A DNA stretch of 64,000 bases, from the NCBI GenBank assembly GCA_000934665.2, contig JYFJ02001220.1:1-64000 (forward strand), in the 5' to 3' direction. The stretch is from Catajapyx aquilonaris. Its lineage: Eukaryota. Below the pieces are notes generated by a model, which was not told the DNA's origin, made no database searches, and worked only from the letters and a program-made list of their open reading frames with translations. The position numbers and the translations under genes are program-made. How positions within the stretch are numbered: the stretch's first letter is position 1; each line of letters opens with the position of its first letter. This document shows positions 13,712 to 25,062 of the stretch, piece after piece.

Positions 13712-14568
13712 TACTATACAAATCACTATACTCCTCCATTTAACATAATGTTACCAAGAGCTCATAATATTATTAGCTCTTGATGTTACTAATTATTACA
13801 ATATATTGCAGTTTTTTTTGAGTAAGTTTCAACTCCTGCATAATTATTACGAGGTTAGTAATTTTAACTGGAGTAGTTAGTAGCCTTATAGGGTAGGCTT
13901 TTGCAAGAGTCATAAAGGATCTACGTTTTAGCCTAAATTTGGTCCCGGTGCACTATTTAGTGAAGATTGAAGCTAATCATATTCGAAAAAGGGGAAACTC
14001 AGCATATTTTTCTATACATGCGATTCCTGAGTGTTGAAAGTCCTAATTTTATATTTGCAAATTTGTAATTATTTTATTTCTCCCTCTAAATAATTTTGAT
14101 CAAAATATAATATGTGGAGGCGCGTCAGCAGAAATTGTGAATCAAGACTATACAAAGCAACATTTTGGACGTAAGAAGACTCTTCAGGTCCAGCTGAGGA
14201 AGACCTAGACCTCCTGATCCCTCATCAGCGATATTACGGAAGCCACGCCACAGGGCTCACGTCTGACAACTGCGACGAGTAACTCTTCCAAAGCAATTAA
14301 CTGTAAATAAGAAGCATAGATAAAAGTTATTTTACTTTGATTATGAATTTCAATTGTCAAATCGTGCTTGGTTAAAATAATGAACATATAATCTAATTAT
14401 TATTTGTCTGGAATGAAGTGAAAGAAATATTTAAAAAATTATGCATGATATATGGTTACATTATTTCGTCCTGTGTTGCGCGTCATCTCCTGCCATTTAT
14501 TTCACCTATTGGCACACTCTTTTCAGCCTTACTTCCAACATCGTTGTTGATGTGTGAAGATCATGATA

Positions 14569-16216
14569 ATGAAGGTCGTCGTCTTGTGCTCTGTATTCCT
14601 GGCTGGTGAGTTGTTCAGTTTCTCGAAATATTATACAGTGATTCGCGTACAGGGTTTCTCACAAAAATACATGTACGTTATATTGATGCACTATTCATTT
14701 AACCCTAAACTGATTTTTGTGTCACCGTTTTGCGTACATGACTTTACCACTGGACAGTGCTTGTCACGAGGTACATTAAACAATGTCTAACTAATTTCAC
14801 CAAAATGTAACCTTCAGCGTCCTTCTTATCCGATTTTCATGTTAATTTGGTAGGCTATTTGATGACTTTAAAGATTGTAACTCAATATTACGCGGAATAT
14901 ACATTGATATTTCGCAGCCAGGTATTGTTAGAATTGTCAATCGACAAGAAATGGCCGTGAAGGCTTCAACATAAAATAGCCTCGAGGGTTTTAGCAAAAA
15001 GACTGCCTTGAAATCTCTATCTCTCTGAAAAAAAGAAATGTGAGAACATCGCGGCCTCGCTATATGGAGAAGAATAGTGCTGGCAACATTTAGCAGAAGT
15101 ATGAAAATGCAACTCATAATTATTTATAGTATAGTGAAATGATAAATATTATCATTGACGAGGGAGTATACAATATGCAACGCTATGAAAAAATGGCATT
15201 CAAAACGACTATAATATTAATAACGACTATGTGGCATCAATCAAAATTGAAGGAAAATCTCTGACACAAGTAATATTGTAATATTATAATAATTGTGTTC
15301 TCGATATTATTCTCAATCAGAAAATGTTCCCTTATTATTGTATCCATTCAACCTGGGTCTAACTCCATTTTTACTAAATGCACTGGTGCTAGTACATTAT
15401 TATGCAGTTTTTTTGTATAGGTTTTAGCACAGAGAATAACCGAAAGGATATAGTGTGAACACTGACCGATTAAATTCCAGTGTGCCACGTCAGCTGGGCC
15501 CAAATGCCCCAGTGTGTTGCTGAAATCCAGAGCAAGATGATGAAAGAGGGTAATGTCGGAGCTTCTCTGGAAGAGCGGTGCAAGTAAGTTGTGTGATGCA
15601 TATCCACACGAAAATTCAATAATTGCATAAGTGAAAACAGATTTAAGTCGAATAACAATAACGGGGACAAACGCTACACACAAAATATAGGAATTCATAT
15701 CGCATTATGCATAATAATTTGCATGCCCCTCGTCTACTTCCGTCAGGTTCGGCAATGAATTACTGGCATGCCTGGAGAACGTGATAAGTGAGGGTTATTT
15801 TCCAGAGGGGATCATGAAGTACTACACGGATCAGGTGGACCAGATGGCATCCCAAATCAGAGTAAGTTATAGTCAATTGGGGGAAACTATGCATTTTTTA
15901 ATTTAATTTTTTTTACATCAGAGGGTAAATAAGAGTCAGCGTGCTATTCCTAGTGCAGTAAATGGTGAATTAGTTATTCAGCGTAAAATTAATGATGAAA
16001 TTCCGCGACATTACAGTGTATTAAACACATATAGTCACAGAATGAAAGATATGCGCTTAAATTATAGCTGGAAAATAACAACTAGACTCAATTTGACCCA
16101 TTCGCAAATTTTGACCCATGAATCCATGATTATTAATTATGATGATATCATCTCCTATGTTCTCTTCTGCACAGGCAAAATGCAGTTCCCAGGAAGAAGA
16201 GTCTCCTGAGAATTAG
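14569..16216 (+). CDS. Array gene D: single-domain paralog of C, truncated before the anchor (secreted), 98 aa
   Basis: Exons 14569-14605 (alternative ATG at 14563), 15481-15583, 15747-15861, 16175-16216. MKVVVLCSVFLAVCHVSWAQMPQCVAEIQSKMMKEGNVGASLEERC-KFGNELLA-CLEN...SQIR-AKCSSQEEESPEN*. Confidence 0.8.
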
Positions 16217-17038
16217 CTAAACTCGCATTCATCTGGCCCATGTGAGTGGGAATTTAACCTTCGAAACAGCGCTGTTTCTTCTGTCTCTGATGCACGCCTT
16301 TTGTCATCCATAACTATCTCAGCAATTATTGACAGCGCACACCTTTTATCTTATTTGGACGTCCCATTTATGTATTTCCCCCCGAATCTCTTTGTGCCTG
16401 TCCAGAGGAATCAATAACATAAGTTTGATTCAGTCAGATGAAGAAAAAAAACTTCCTTTTTAGTTTGCAAAATATCTGGTTCCGATGATACCAACCAGTC
16501 ACCGTATTTCACATTTTAATCAGCACAGATATTTTTGTGCCATTTACATAATCATGGAAAGGGACCCAATTTCCGGTCATAAAAGCACTGCATAGCCTTC
16601 CAAATATTTCCGAATCATATTATATCAAACGCGGGCTAGGGTACAGCACTGTACTGTATACTGCACATGGCAGTGAAGGCAGTGGAATATAATTTAAATG
16701 GATAACGCAATAAACGCAATGAAGTCTTCTGGATAGCTTCAGCCAGTCCTGTAATCACTATTATTAATAAACATATCTCTGAGCTCCCATAATTTATTTT
16801 ATTTCCTATTTGTATGCAAACTTTAGGGTCACTCTGGTATGGTTGTACAGTACGGCCGGTTTGTTGGAGGTTGCTGGGGGATGCGGCTTTGTTTGGATTA
16901 TTGTTGTCGGGAGTCGATTGTTGGTAAAACGGAAGGGTTGAATATGATCCGGTCCAGAGAGGTGTGGTGGATTGTTGTAGTTCTGTGAATCTGGTGATTC
17001 GGAGCCCTCCTCCTCCACTCCATTGAGGACCAGTCACC

Positions 17039-18007
17039 ATGAAGGTCCTCTTCTTGTGCGCTCTCATCCTCCTGACAGGTCAGTATAGTTGTTCACACGT
17101 GGTGTTTTGAACAGAACTACCGTCAATTTGGTTTCTCTTACTATCTGCAAACTTATTAATGTCACCCTATAAAAAGACGATTCATATCCAACATTATAAT
17201 GGTTTTAAACTGTAAACAAGCTCATTTTGGAAAGAAACCTATGCCTACTAAAATTAGCAAGAATTTCATTGCCTCAACACACAAGTAGTGCAATCTTAGG
17301 CCCAAAATGATATGAATGTTGAAACGCGATTGTTTGCCCTTTGTTTTGTCAGTGTGCCACGTCATCTCGGAGGAGAATTCCGGGTGCTTTCTGAAGCTCC
17401 TGGACAGGTTTAAACCACTGGACGAAGGCACTAAAGAATGGTGCAGGTGAGTTGCCTGATCGGTTTAAAAATGCATGTCGTTGTCATTCCTATATACCTT
17501 GCTCATTTAGACTGAAGTGAAATAATTGACTGGAGCAGAAGGACATGCTGCTGCAAGTTTCAGAGTATTAGCCTGCTAAAATATTTACGTGCGTTTTGAT
17601 TTGTCACCACAGGGTCGGTCGTCAGCTGCTGGTTTGCATTGAGGGCTCCGAAGCGACTGTTGAGTTGAAAGATGTTGTCGACGTGTACCTGAAGCATCTT
17701 CCCAACAAGATCCGTGTAAGTTATTATGCTCAAGGGCTTGTATTCACAATGCGCATGACTCAGTCGGTTTTCAATTTCACAAACTAACGACAGTGCAATG
17801 CATAATATATTATACCTTTCTGCACAGGGAAAGTGCTCCGCGGGCTTGGGCAGGGAAAGGGATGAACCGGCGGAGCCGGGTGCTGGTGATAATACGGGAA
17901 GGAACAAGAGGAAGAGGTGCAGCTCAGCCTGCGCCATGATGGGGCCAACCATCGCCGCCTGGCTCCTGCCCCTGTTCGCCCTGCTCAGGAACCACCTCAC
18001 CTTCTAA
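17039..18007 (+). CDS. Array gene E: single-domain with extended basic stalk, putative GPI-anchored, 138 aa
   Basis: Exons 17039-17078, 17353-17446, 17613-17715, 17828-18007. MKVLFLCALILLTVCHVISEENSGCFLKLLDRFKPLDEGTKEWC-RVGRQLLV-CIEG...NKIR-GKCSAG...GRNKRKRCSSACAMMGPTIAAWLLPLFALLRNHLTF*. Confidence 0.9.
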
Positions 18008-18632
18008 CGTGCACGTCTTTACAAGCTTTTGCAGCCAACAATGTAAATCAAACAATCAAGGATACACACACTCTCCCACACTTTCATTTAGACCACCCCC
18101 CAAATGGCATGCCCTCCAACACATTTTTCTATCGCCTTTCTACCAGCACATTGGACTCCGATCCAAGTTAAAATACAGCATCTTTTTGTACGACTCACAA
18201 CATACATTTCCGACCTGTTTCCGTAGCATAATTGTGTATCCAGGCAGTGGAATAAAAATTTCACACGGACAGTGTAATGCAATAAAGTAATTGTAAAAAT
18301 ACACTGTTTCTTTTCCTGTGCCAGCAGAACTTATCATGTGGACATGTTCATATGAAAGTGAATCAGTGAAATAATTATTCTATGGGGCCCATGATTTCAA
18401 CCTAGAAACTTTAAATGCATCAGTGAAAATGCACCTTGGAGATTCACCTTACTGGCCTTTTATTAAAATAATCCTTTTCACTAACCGTCTCCAAACACAT
18501 TAATTTTGCATTGAAGCCGCGAAAATATTGCAGAGCATAAAATCGAAGAATAACTGAGCGACTGTACGGCATTCTGCTCCATTCGACTACTTCCACAGCG
18601 GTGACAAGATGCTGACACCGGATTTCGGATCT

Positions 18633-19316
18633 TTATGGGCCTAAAATCCTGCCCAATAGTGTCAGCAGACCAATCAGGACAGCGGGGCCCGCAGTCGTAA
18701 GGAGAGTACCTCCGTCGTGCTCGTCCTCGTCGTGTTCATGGGGTTCCTCGTCCTCATACTCGTCTTCATCATGCTCCTCGTGCGCCTCTGTGCCAAACGC
18801 ACAGGCCTCCCTAGCCTGAAACACACCGAATGTCGCATTCAGAAAACCCCAACCATCATCAGACCATTGTTGTCAACAGTCAGAATGCAAGTGATACTGA
18901 CCGCAGCTATGTTTGAGTACTTCTTGTACTCCTCCTGGTACATGTCTTCCGTCATGAAGTCGAGCGTGCCGTCGCCCCTCAAGGTTTTCAAGCACAGAGA
19001 GGTCCGATCAATTTTTCTGCGGTATTTCAGATATCAGATTCGGAGAAGGGGAGAACCAATGTACACGGTGTACTCACATCTGGCAGCGAGCCATCCGGTC
19101 TGTTGGAAGCCGGTCCACGAACTCTTTGAGGCATTTCCTCAGCTTGCGATGCGCAGACTTCTCGTCGTCTCCTTCCGGGTGCTTACTCACGTCAGCGTAA
19201 CACCCTGCTGTGTGTACGGAAGACAACTAATGTATACCGATATAAGAAAAGGAACTCTAGGAATAGGAAAGAGCTGTACCTGCCAAAAGGAAGACCAGCA
19301 AGGCGATGACCCTCAT
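18633..19316 (-). CDS. Array gene F: Cx9C subfamily with His/Asp/Glu stalk, putative GPI-anchored, 153 aa
   Basis: Exons 19316-19280, 19204-19078, 19016-18902, 18815-18633. MRVIALLVFLLAGCYADVSKHPEGDDEKSAHRKLRKCLKEFVDRLPTDRMARC-QIKIDRTSL-CLKTLRGDGTLDFMTEDMYQEEY...AREACAFGTEAHEEHDEDEY...AGPAVLIGLLTLLGRILGP*. Confidence 0.9.
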
Positions 19317-19483
19317 TTTGTCGGACACATCCTTTCCACAACAATCATATTTCGATTCCATGACAGCATATTTTGTTAGGCATATAACAGCTTTTTCATT
19401 CAGCTGCCATTTTCCTGGCTAAACATAAATTTTATTGCCTGAAGGTGCTCCACATTAACTATAGGCGCATGGGTGATTAAATA

Positions 19484-20225
19484 TTACAAAATGTGAGGGG
19501 CAAACACCAACAGCAGGCCAATCAGGGCCATTTGACTCTGTCCTTTAGGGGAAGTCGCGCTATTTTTATCCTTGTCCTTGAGGTCGCCTTCGTCGTAGTC
19601 GTAGTGGTCGTCTTCGTCGTCTTCGTCCTCGTCGTCGGTGTGTACGTGAGGGATGTCGTCGCTGTCACTTGGGTCTAAATACGCATCTTCTTCCTGTGCA
19701 TCAGCCTTCGGGAAGCTCAAGCAGGCCTCGTTTGTCTGGAAGAAAAATTGTTCAATTAACTGCAATTAAGATCGGGTTATCCACTATCAGGTGTAATGTA
19801 GATCTGATAACTGACCGCCAGTTTGTCTGAGTACCTCCTGTACTCCTCCTGGTACTTGTCCTCCGTCATGAAGGCCAGCAGTCCGTTGTCCCTCATTCTT
19901 TTCAAGCATATGCCTGTCCGTTCCATTTTCCTGGTTTCATAATAATATTAATTAAGGTCGGTTTGCTCATGGGTATAAAAACTATGTACTCACATTCGGC
20001 ACCGTGCCATGGGATCTGTTGGAAGCTGGACCGCAAACTCTTTGAGGCATTGACTCAGCCTCAGATTCGCCTTTACCTCGTCGTATCCAGTCGGGTTCTG
20101 GCTCACGTCAGAGTAACACCCTGTAGTCGTTGAGGGCAAGACAAATGTATAAGTTGTTGGATCAATATTGGATGGAAATACTGACCTGCAACCGTGAGGA
20201 CCAAGAGGACGATGATGACCCTCAT
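19484..20225 (-). CDS. Array gene G: Cx9C subfamily with Asp-rich stalk, putative GPI-anchored, 177 aa
   Basis: Exons 20225-20186, 20120-19994, 19930-19816, 19735-19484. MRVIIVLLVLTVAGCYSDVSQ...SQCLKEFAVQLPTDPMARC-RMKMERTGI-CLKRMRDNGLLAFMTEDKYQEEY...NEACLSF...DDEDEDDEDDHYDYDE...QMALIGLLLVFAPHIL*. Close paralog of F, with the same exon 2/3 sizes (127/115). Confidence 0.9.
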
Positions 20226-20326
20226 TTCGACGGACTCTCATTCCATATTTATTGTTGAAGACATAACAATAATATCAGTTTCCTTCAAGCATTACTACGG
20301 TGATGTTTGCAAACAGTCGTTCGAAA

Positions 20327-21442
20327 ATGAAGGTAGCCGTACTCCTGCTGCTCCTGCTAGCAGGTCAGATATTAATTAGAGTAATTAGATATTTTGAGGT
20401 GTTGAGAGTGAAATCAGTGGATACACAATATTTCATGATAGACATATTGAAGAAATTACAGAATGAGCCATTGGATTTGCTAGGCGCGACATTTTCCAAT
20501 GTAATTGATTAAAAAAAATGCATGTCCGTTTTTCCTTTGTATGGAGCACTCTAGAAATGCTCAGTGGGGTCATATTTGCTGGAGAAGGTCATGAACATAT
20601 CAGATGTGACTTAAATCGCAGAAGAGCAAAACAATAGATTCATTGATTATATTGACAACAATGAAAGATTCAGTCAAAGTTTGCTGTGGAAATGGGCGCA
20701 ATGCAGCCCACATGGAGTGCATATTTTTTTAATGAATTTCAAAAATGTTAACCTCCGAGGTCATCCAAAGTGGTCACCAACTGACAAGTGAGTGTAGCAC
20801 ATTACCTGTATATGAATGATTCGTTTTCCAGGTTGCTACGGAGAAGAACAACCGGATGAGTACCTGCCAGACGACGTGAAGGCTGCCCATCAGAACATGC
20901 AGGAGTGTGTCGACAGGAACACCGAACTCACAGTGGACAACCATGTCATGCAGTGCGTGAGGTTAGTATAATGACACCTTCGAAGTGGGGGGAAAGAGCG
21001 TGCAAGTGGCAATGTCCGTGTCTTTTCGCATAGGAAACTGAGGGTGTCAGGGGTGTGCTTCAAGCAGCTGAGAAGGAAGGGCCTGCTGAACTACATGGAC
21101 GAGGATGCCTACCAGTACCAGCTCAGGAGGTTCACAGACGAGAAAAGGGTTAGTATTAGCATGATGTGCTTCAAAATACTGCCTTACTGGATGACTTGGA
21201 CAGTGCAACAGCTTGAGGGTATTACACGCGGTTTGCATACATCACAACATACTTTTTTCACGCAGATTAAGGAAGCTTGCAAGGATTCATCCGTAGACGA
21301 TCAGGAGGATGACAGCGACGCCGACGTCGACAACCAGGCCAATATCGAGGACGTCGTCAAGAAGAATTCCTCGCCAAATGGTCCGGTAGTCCTGATTGGA
21401 CTGGTCGGAGTTTTGGTGCCAATCTGCATTTATCTGGTGTAA
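20327..21442 (+). CDS. Array gene H: Cx9C subfamily with acidic stalk, putative GPI-anchored, 152 aa
   Basis: Exons 20327-20363, 20832-20961, 21034-21148, 21266-21442. MKVAVLLLLLLAGCYGEEQ...QECVDRNTELTVDNHVMQC-VRKLRVSGV-CFKQLRRKGLLNYMDEDAY...IKEACKDSSVDDQEDDSDAD...NGPVVLIGLVGVLVPICIYLV*. Confidence 0.9.
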
Positions 21443-21760
21443 AGAAAATATGATTCCTTTTGTTTTATGACAACGTTGAACTATTCAGGACGTGTAATTC
21501 TTGTGGTGCTAAAAGAAATTCCAAGTAAAGACATGTGTATAGTAAAATAATGTTTTGGAAGTAACAACAGATGGTAACTAAGCAGAAGCAGCATGAGACT
21601 AATAATTGGAATCAGCATACTGTGTTACATGAGGTAGGGACTATGACCTGTCGAATGTTTCGCACAGTTGTGCAGCGTTTCCAGGCAACAATAAATTGCT
21701 AATAATACGATTATGATTTGATTATTGTAATTTTCAGCATATTTGAGGAATTCTCTGACG

Positions 21761-24104
21761 ATGGAGTGTAGGATTATGGCTCTGTTTCTCTTCGTCATTG
21801 GTTGGTGAACATCATTCTGTCATGCCTTATTATTATTATTATTCGCCCTGACGTTATCCATCAGCGTTTACCACCTTTTCAAACAGGGTCCCAGGGAAGT
21901 TACTTCATGTGGCAGGAGAATCCTTTAAGAATCCGGGAGGCGTCGGAAGCCCTGCAAGCATACATAAAGTGCAAGGAAGCCGGACAACGAGGGAAGAGTT
22001 GTCGGGTGTAAGGAAAAAAATATAAGTAGGAGTAAATTAAGCACAATTTAATAAATTATCTATATGAAAGACAATTAAATCGAATCCATCAGACAAGTTT
22101 AACGACGCGATAAGTTTGACTTCATAAAAATTCAGTTCCGCTATCATCTTATAACCAGAAAATTTGTGTTGAAATGATTGTAATTTTTAAACGAGCCGTT
22201 TTTTTTCACGTATAGGTTGCAGTATTATTATGATTGTGATTTGTGACGATTTATCAATTCAGTTTTTTTGGACATCAGGGGAGCCAAGGCGGCGGAAAAA
22301 TGTTTCGTGGACTTGAAGCCAAAAATGTCCTTCATGACTGACGATGTTTACCAAAACAGGCTTAAAGCGATTCAAGAAGCAGCTCACGTAAGTTTAAATC
22401 TACAGCCACACTTTTTGTAACTAAAAGAGACTTGCCACGATGGGATTTATTTTCGAATATAGTTTCGAGTATAGTCCTACGTGGCCTAAAATCCAGGGTG
22501 GTCCTTGTGTTTACAGCAGTATAATAGGAAGGTGTAGCACAGGTCTCGAAAAGAGCGTACCGGTAATGCATAACATAATCATTTTTCATTTTTCATAGGT
22601 TCATAAAGAATGTGTTCAGTGGTCGCAGAAAGATAAGCATATACTGCAGGATCTGATCAAGTTTCATAAATGCATGATCCATTCGGAATTCCCAGAGATC
22701 ACAGACTTGGAAGAACGATGTGAAGAGTAAGAGCGAATTACATTCACATGCACGTATAAAAATGCAGGAAGGTGCAATGATCCACTCTATACATTGCACC
22801 ACCCTGCATGTATCCCTATATCATTCCATTGAAATTCTGACTTCCGCATCAGGGGAACCGCATCGAAGCAGATGTGCCTGGATGACCTGTTCGAGGACAA
22901 ACATATTCACATGATGTCAGAAGAGGAGTACGAGGACGAGATGAAAGAGTACCAGAAGGACAAGGCTCGAGTAAGTTGGCGGATATACCTCACAAGTCGA
23001 CGCATCGTAATTAATTATTGCACTTTAATCTGGTTCCAGTGCAAGGTTTGGGCGGAAGAGAAGCTCAAGTGGGACACGGAAGAAGGACAGCGGAGCATTG
23101 AGGAATGCAAGGGCAAGGAGGCCGAATTTGGGAATATTGTTGACCCTATAGAGCTTTGCGTACGGTATGCAAATTAAGCTGAGATATACTGTAATGTATA
23201 TTGGATTGACCCCCTTCCCTTCCTCTCGCAGAAATGTTTCTGTTCCGGTTATGTGCATGGAAAGGCTGAAGGACGAAGGGCTCCTCTACTTCATGCCCGA
23301 CGAGGAATTCCTAGAGAGGGTGGGGAAACACGAGAATGTTTCCATAGTAAGTTATCAGTCGTGTCAGTGACGTTTATCGGGGAATCAGTCCATATAGAGT
23401 TTCACAATCATTCCAACCTTTTAATTGATCGCTTCTTCAAGTGAGATGTCAACAAACCATTTAAATTTGCATATGAATGTAAGGGGGGAAAATATGAAAT
23501 GTCGACTCAGACTGTTAAGTGCTAATGACTATAATATGCACCGCTGCGTTACAGAAGGAGAAATGCAAACAGTTGCTGTTGAACCGGAGCAGGTCAGAGG
23601 TCCTACAAATCTACGATTGGGACAAGGGCATGAGAGGATGCCTCAGGCATTATCGGAAACACGAGGAGAGCGAGAGGGCTTGCCAGTAAGGCTTCACAGG
23701 ATACTGTTTTTTTTATAACTGCTTGAGAACTGACAACAATTTTTCGATTGTGCCATTTCCTCAGGGAAGCCACGAAATTGAGGGAATGCATGACCGTCGT
23801 TGGGTTTGCACACAACATGACCTTAGACCTTAGACACTCCACTTTTATGAGGAAGGTCCGTAAAAACCGTGTAAGTATGTACAGCACATTCCGAAATAAT
23901 GAAGACGACGCGACGTTCTATAATATTATAGAGTAAGAATTCATGTCCATTTCTGTACATTCTTCACCCGTCGTAAATGTAATCCTCGTTTGTTTTCATT
24001 TGCAGGCGATTAAGTGTGCCGCTTGTGTTGGTCCTACAACGACGCTCTGGATGCTCGCAATTCTGTCCATCACAGTCTCACTCAAATCATGGCTCCAACT
24101 GTAG
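21761..24104 (+). CDS. Array gene I: four tandem Cys-helical domains plus CAAC-type anchor tail, 363 aa, 10 exons
   Basis: Exons 21761-21800, 21887-22007, 22279-22387, 22599-22726, 22853-22970, 23040-23164, 23232-23346, 23555-23685, 23765-23870, 24006-24104 (phases 1 then (2,0)x4; 1092 nt, open). Motifs CRVGAKAAEKC, CEEGTASKQMC, CVRNVSVPVMC, CQEATKLREC. Ends AIKCAACVGPTTTLWMLAILSITVSLKSWLQL*. Confidence 0.85.
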
Positions 24105-25062
24105 CAAGTTATACATATGGCACTGGGTTATAAGTGAAACCAGATTTCGCGTCCTTTACTGCCAGTAACATGACAAGTTTTCCATGGCAGCTAATTCGAC
24201 AACGCTGCGATTACGGGGCATGAATTAACCTTTTATTACATCGTTTATGTTGCCTTACCGGTCATTACTCGGCAGTAATATCTTTTTAAAGGCAGGAGTT
24301 CATTTATAACCGGATGATGTTTTTGAATATTGTAAATATATTGCCGTCCATATAGAACGGTCCCGTTCCTTAATTATCGTGTAAGAGAATATTAGCGTTG
24401 CTGCGTTGCTGTTGATAAGAAGACAATTTCTATAGAAGTATGGGAATAAACTCCCCCCAGTAATTACATACCGGTAATTATAATAAATGACAAAACATGC
24501 ACTTGGTCGATGCCTTCAAAAAGGCGTACTTCATTGCTCTATTGTGCAACACTGTTTCAAGAGTCAAACATAAGTATATTGTTACAGCCCCAGATATATT
24601 CCAGAAAATATGGCCAGGAAATGTTTGTGCCTATGATAAACGAGGCAATAGCTCCTCTCTGATGGTCACAGATATATGGAGAGATTGGACCCATTCCACC
24701 CCCCTTTTTCTCTCTCTCTCTCCTTCTTTTCCTTCCCCCCCCCTCCTTCCCATTCGTCCAAAAGTGTGAGCAAAAAGGAGTCTACTTTTGAGCCGAACGG
24801 CGACAACAAGTCGGGGTAAAGGAAATTGCGCGAGAGAGCCTCTCGAAGCAGGGTATACACTTTGATATATACGGTTTATATGAAGTGAATGGATGCGCGA
24901 TCCCGGCGCCACCAACCTCCTCCTTTTGCCCCCCCCCCCCCCACTTCCTCCCTTAAAAGGAACAAAAAAAACATGGGCGTCGTCGTCGTCAGTCCAAATT
25001 GAGCGCTTTGCAGTAGTTAACAGGCTTCCGCTGTAGTCAGCCAGTTATTTCCTTCGGCAACA

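Noticed and set aside
18717..19379. 220-aa plus-strand ORF with a hydrophobic N-terminus
   Set aside because: It is antisense to gene F. The hydrophobic stretch is the reverse complement of the Asp/Glu/His codons.
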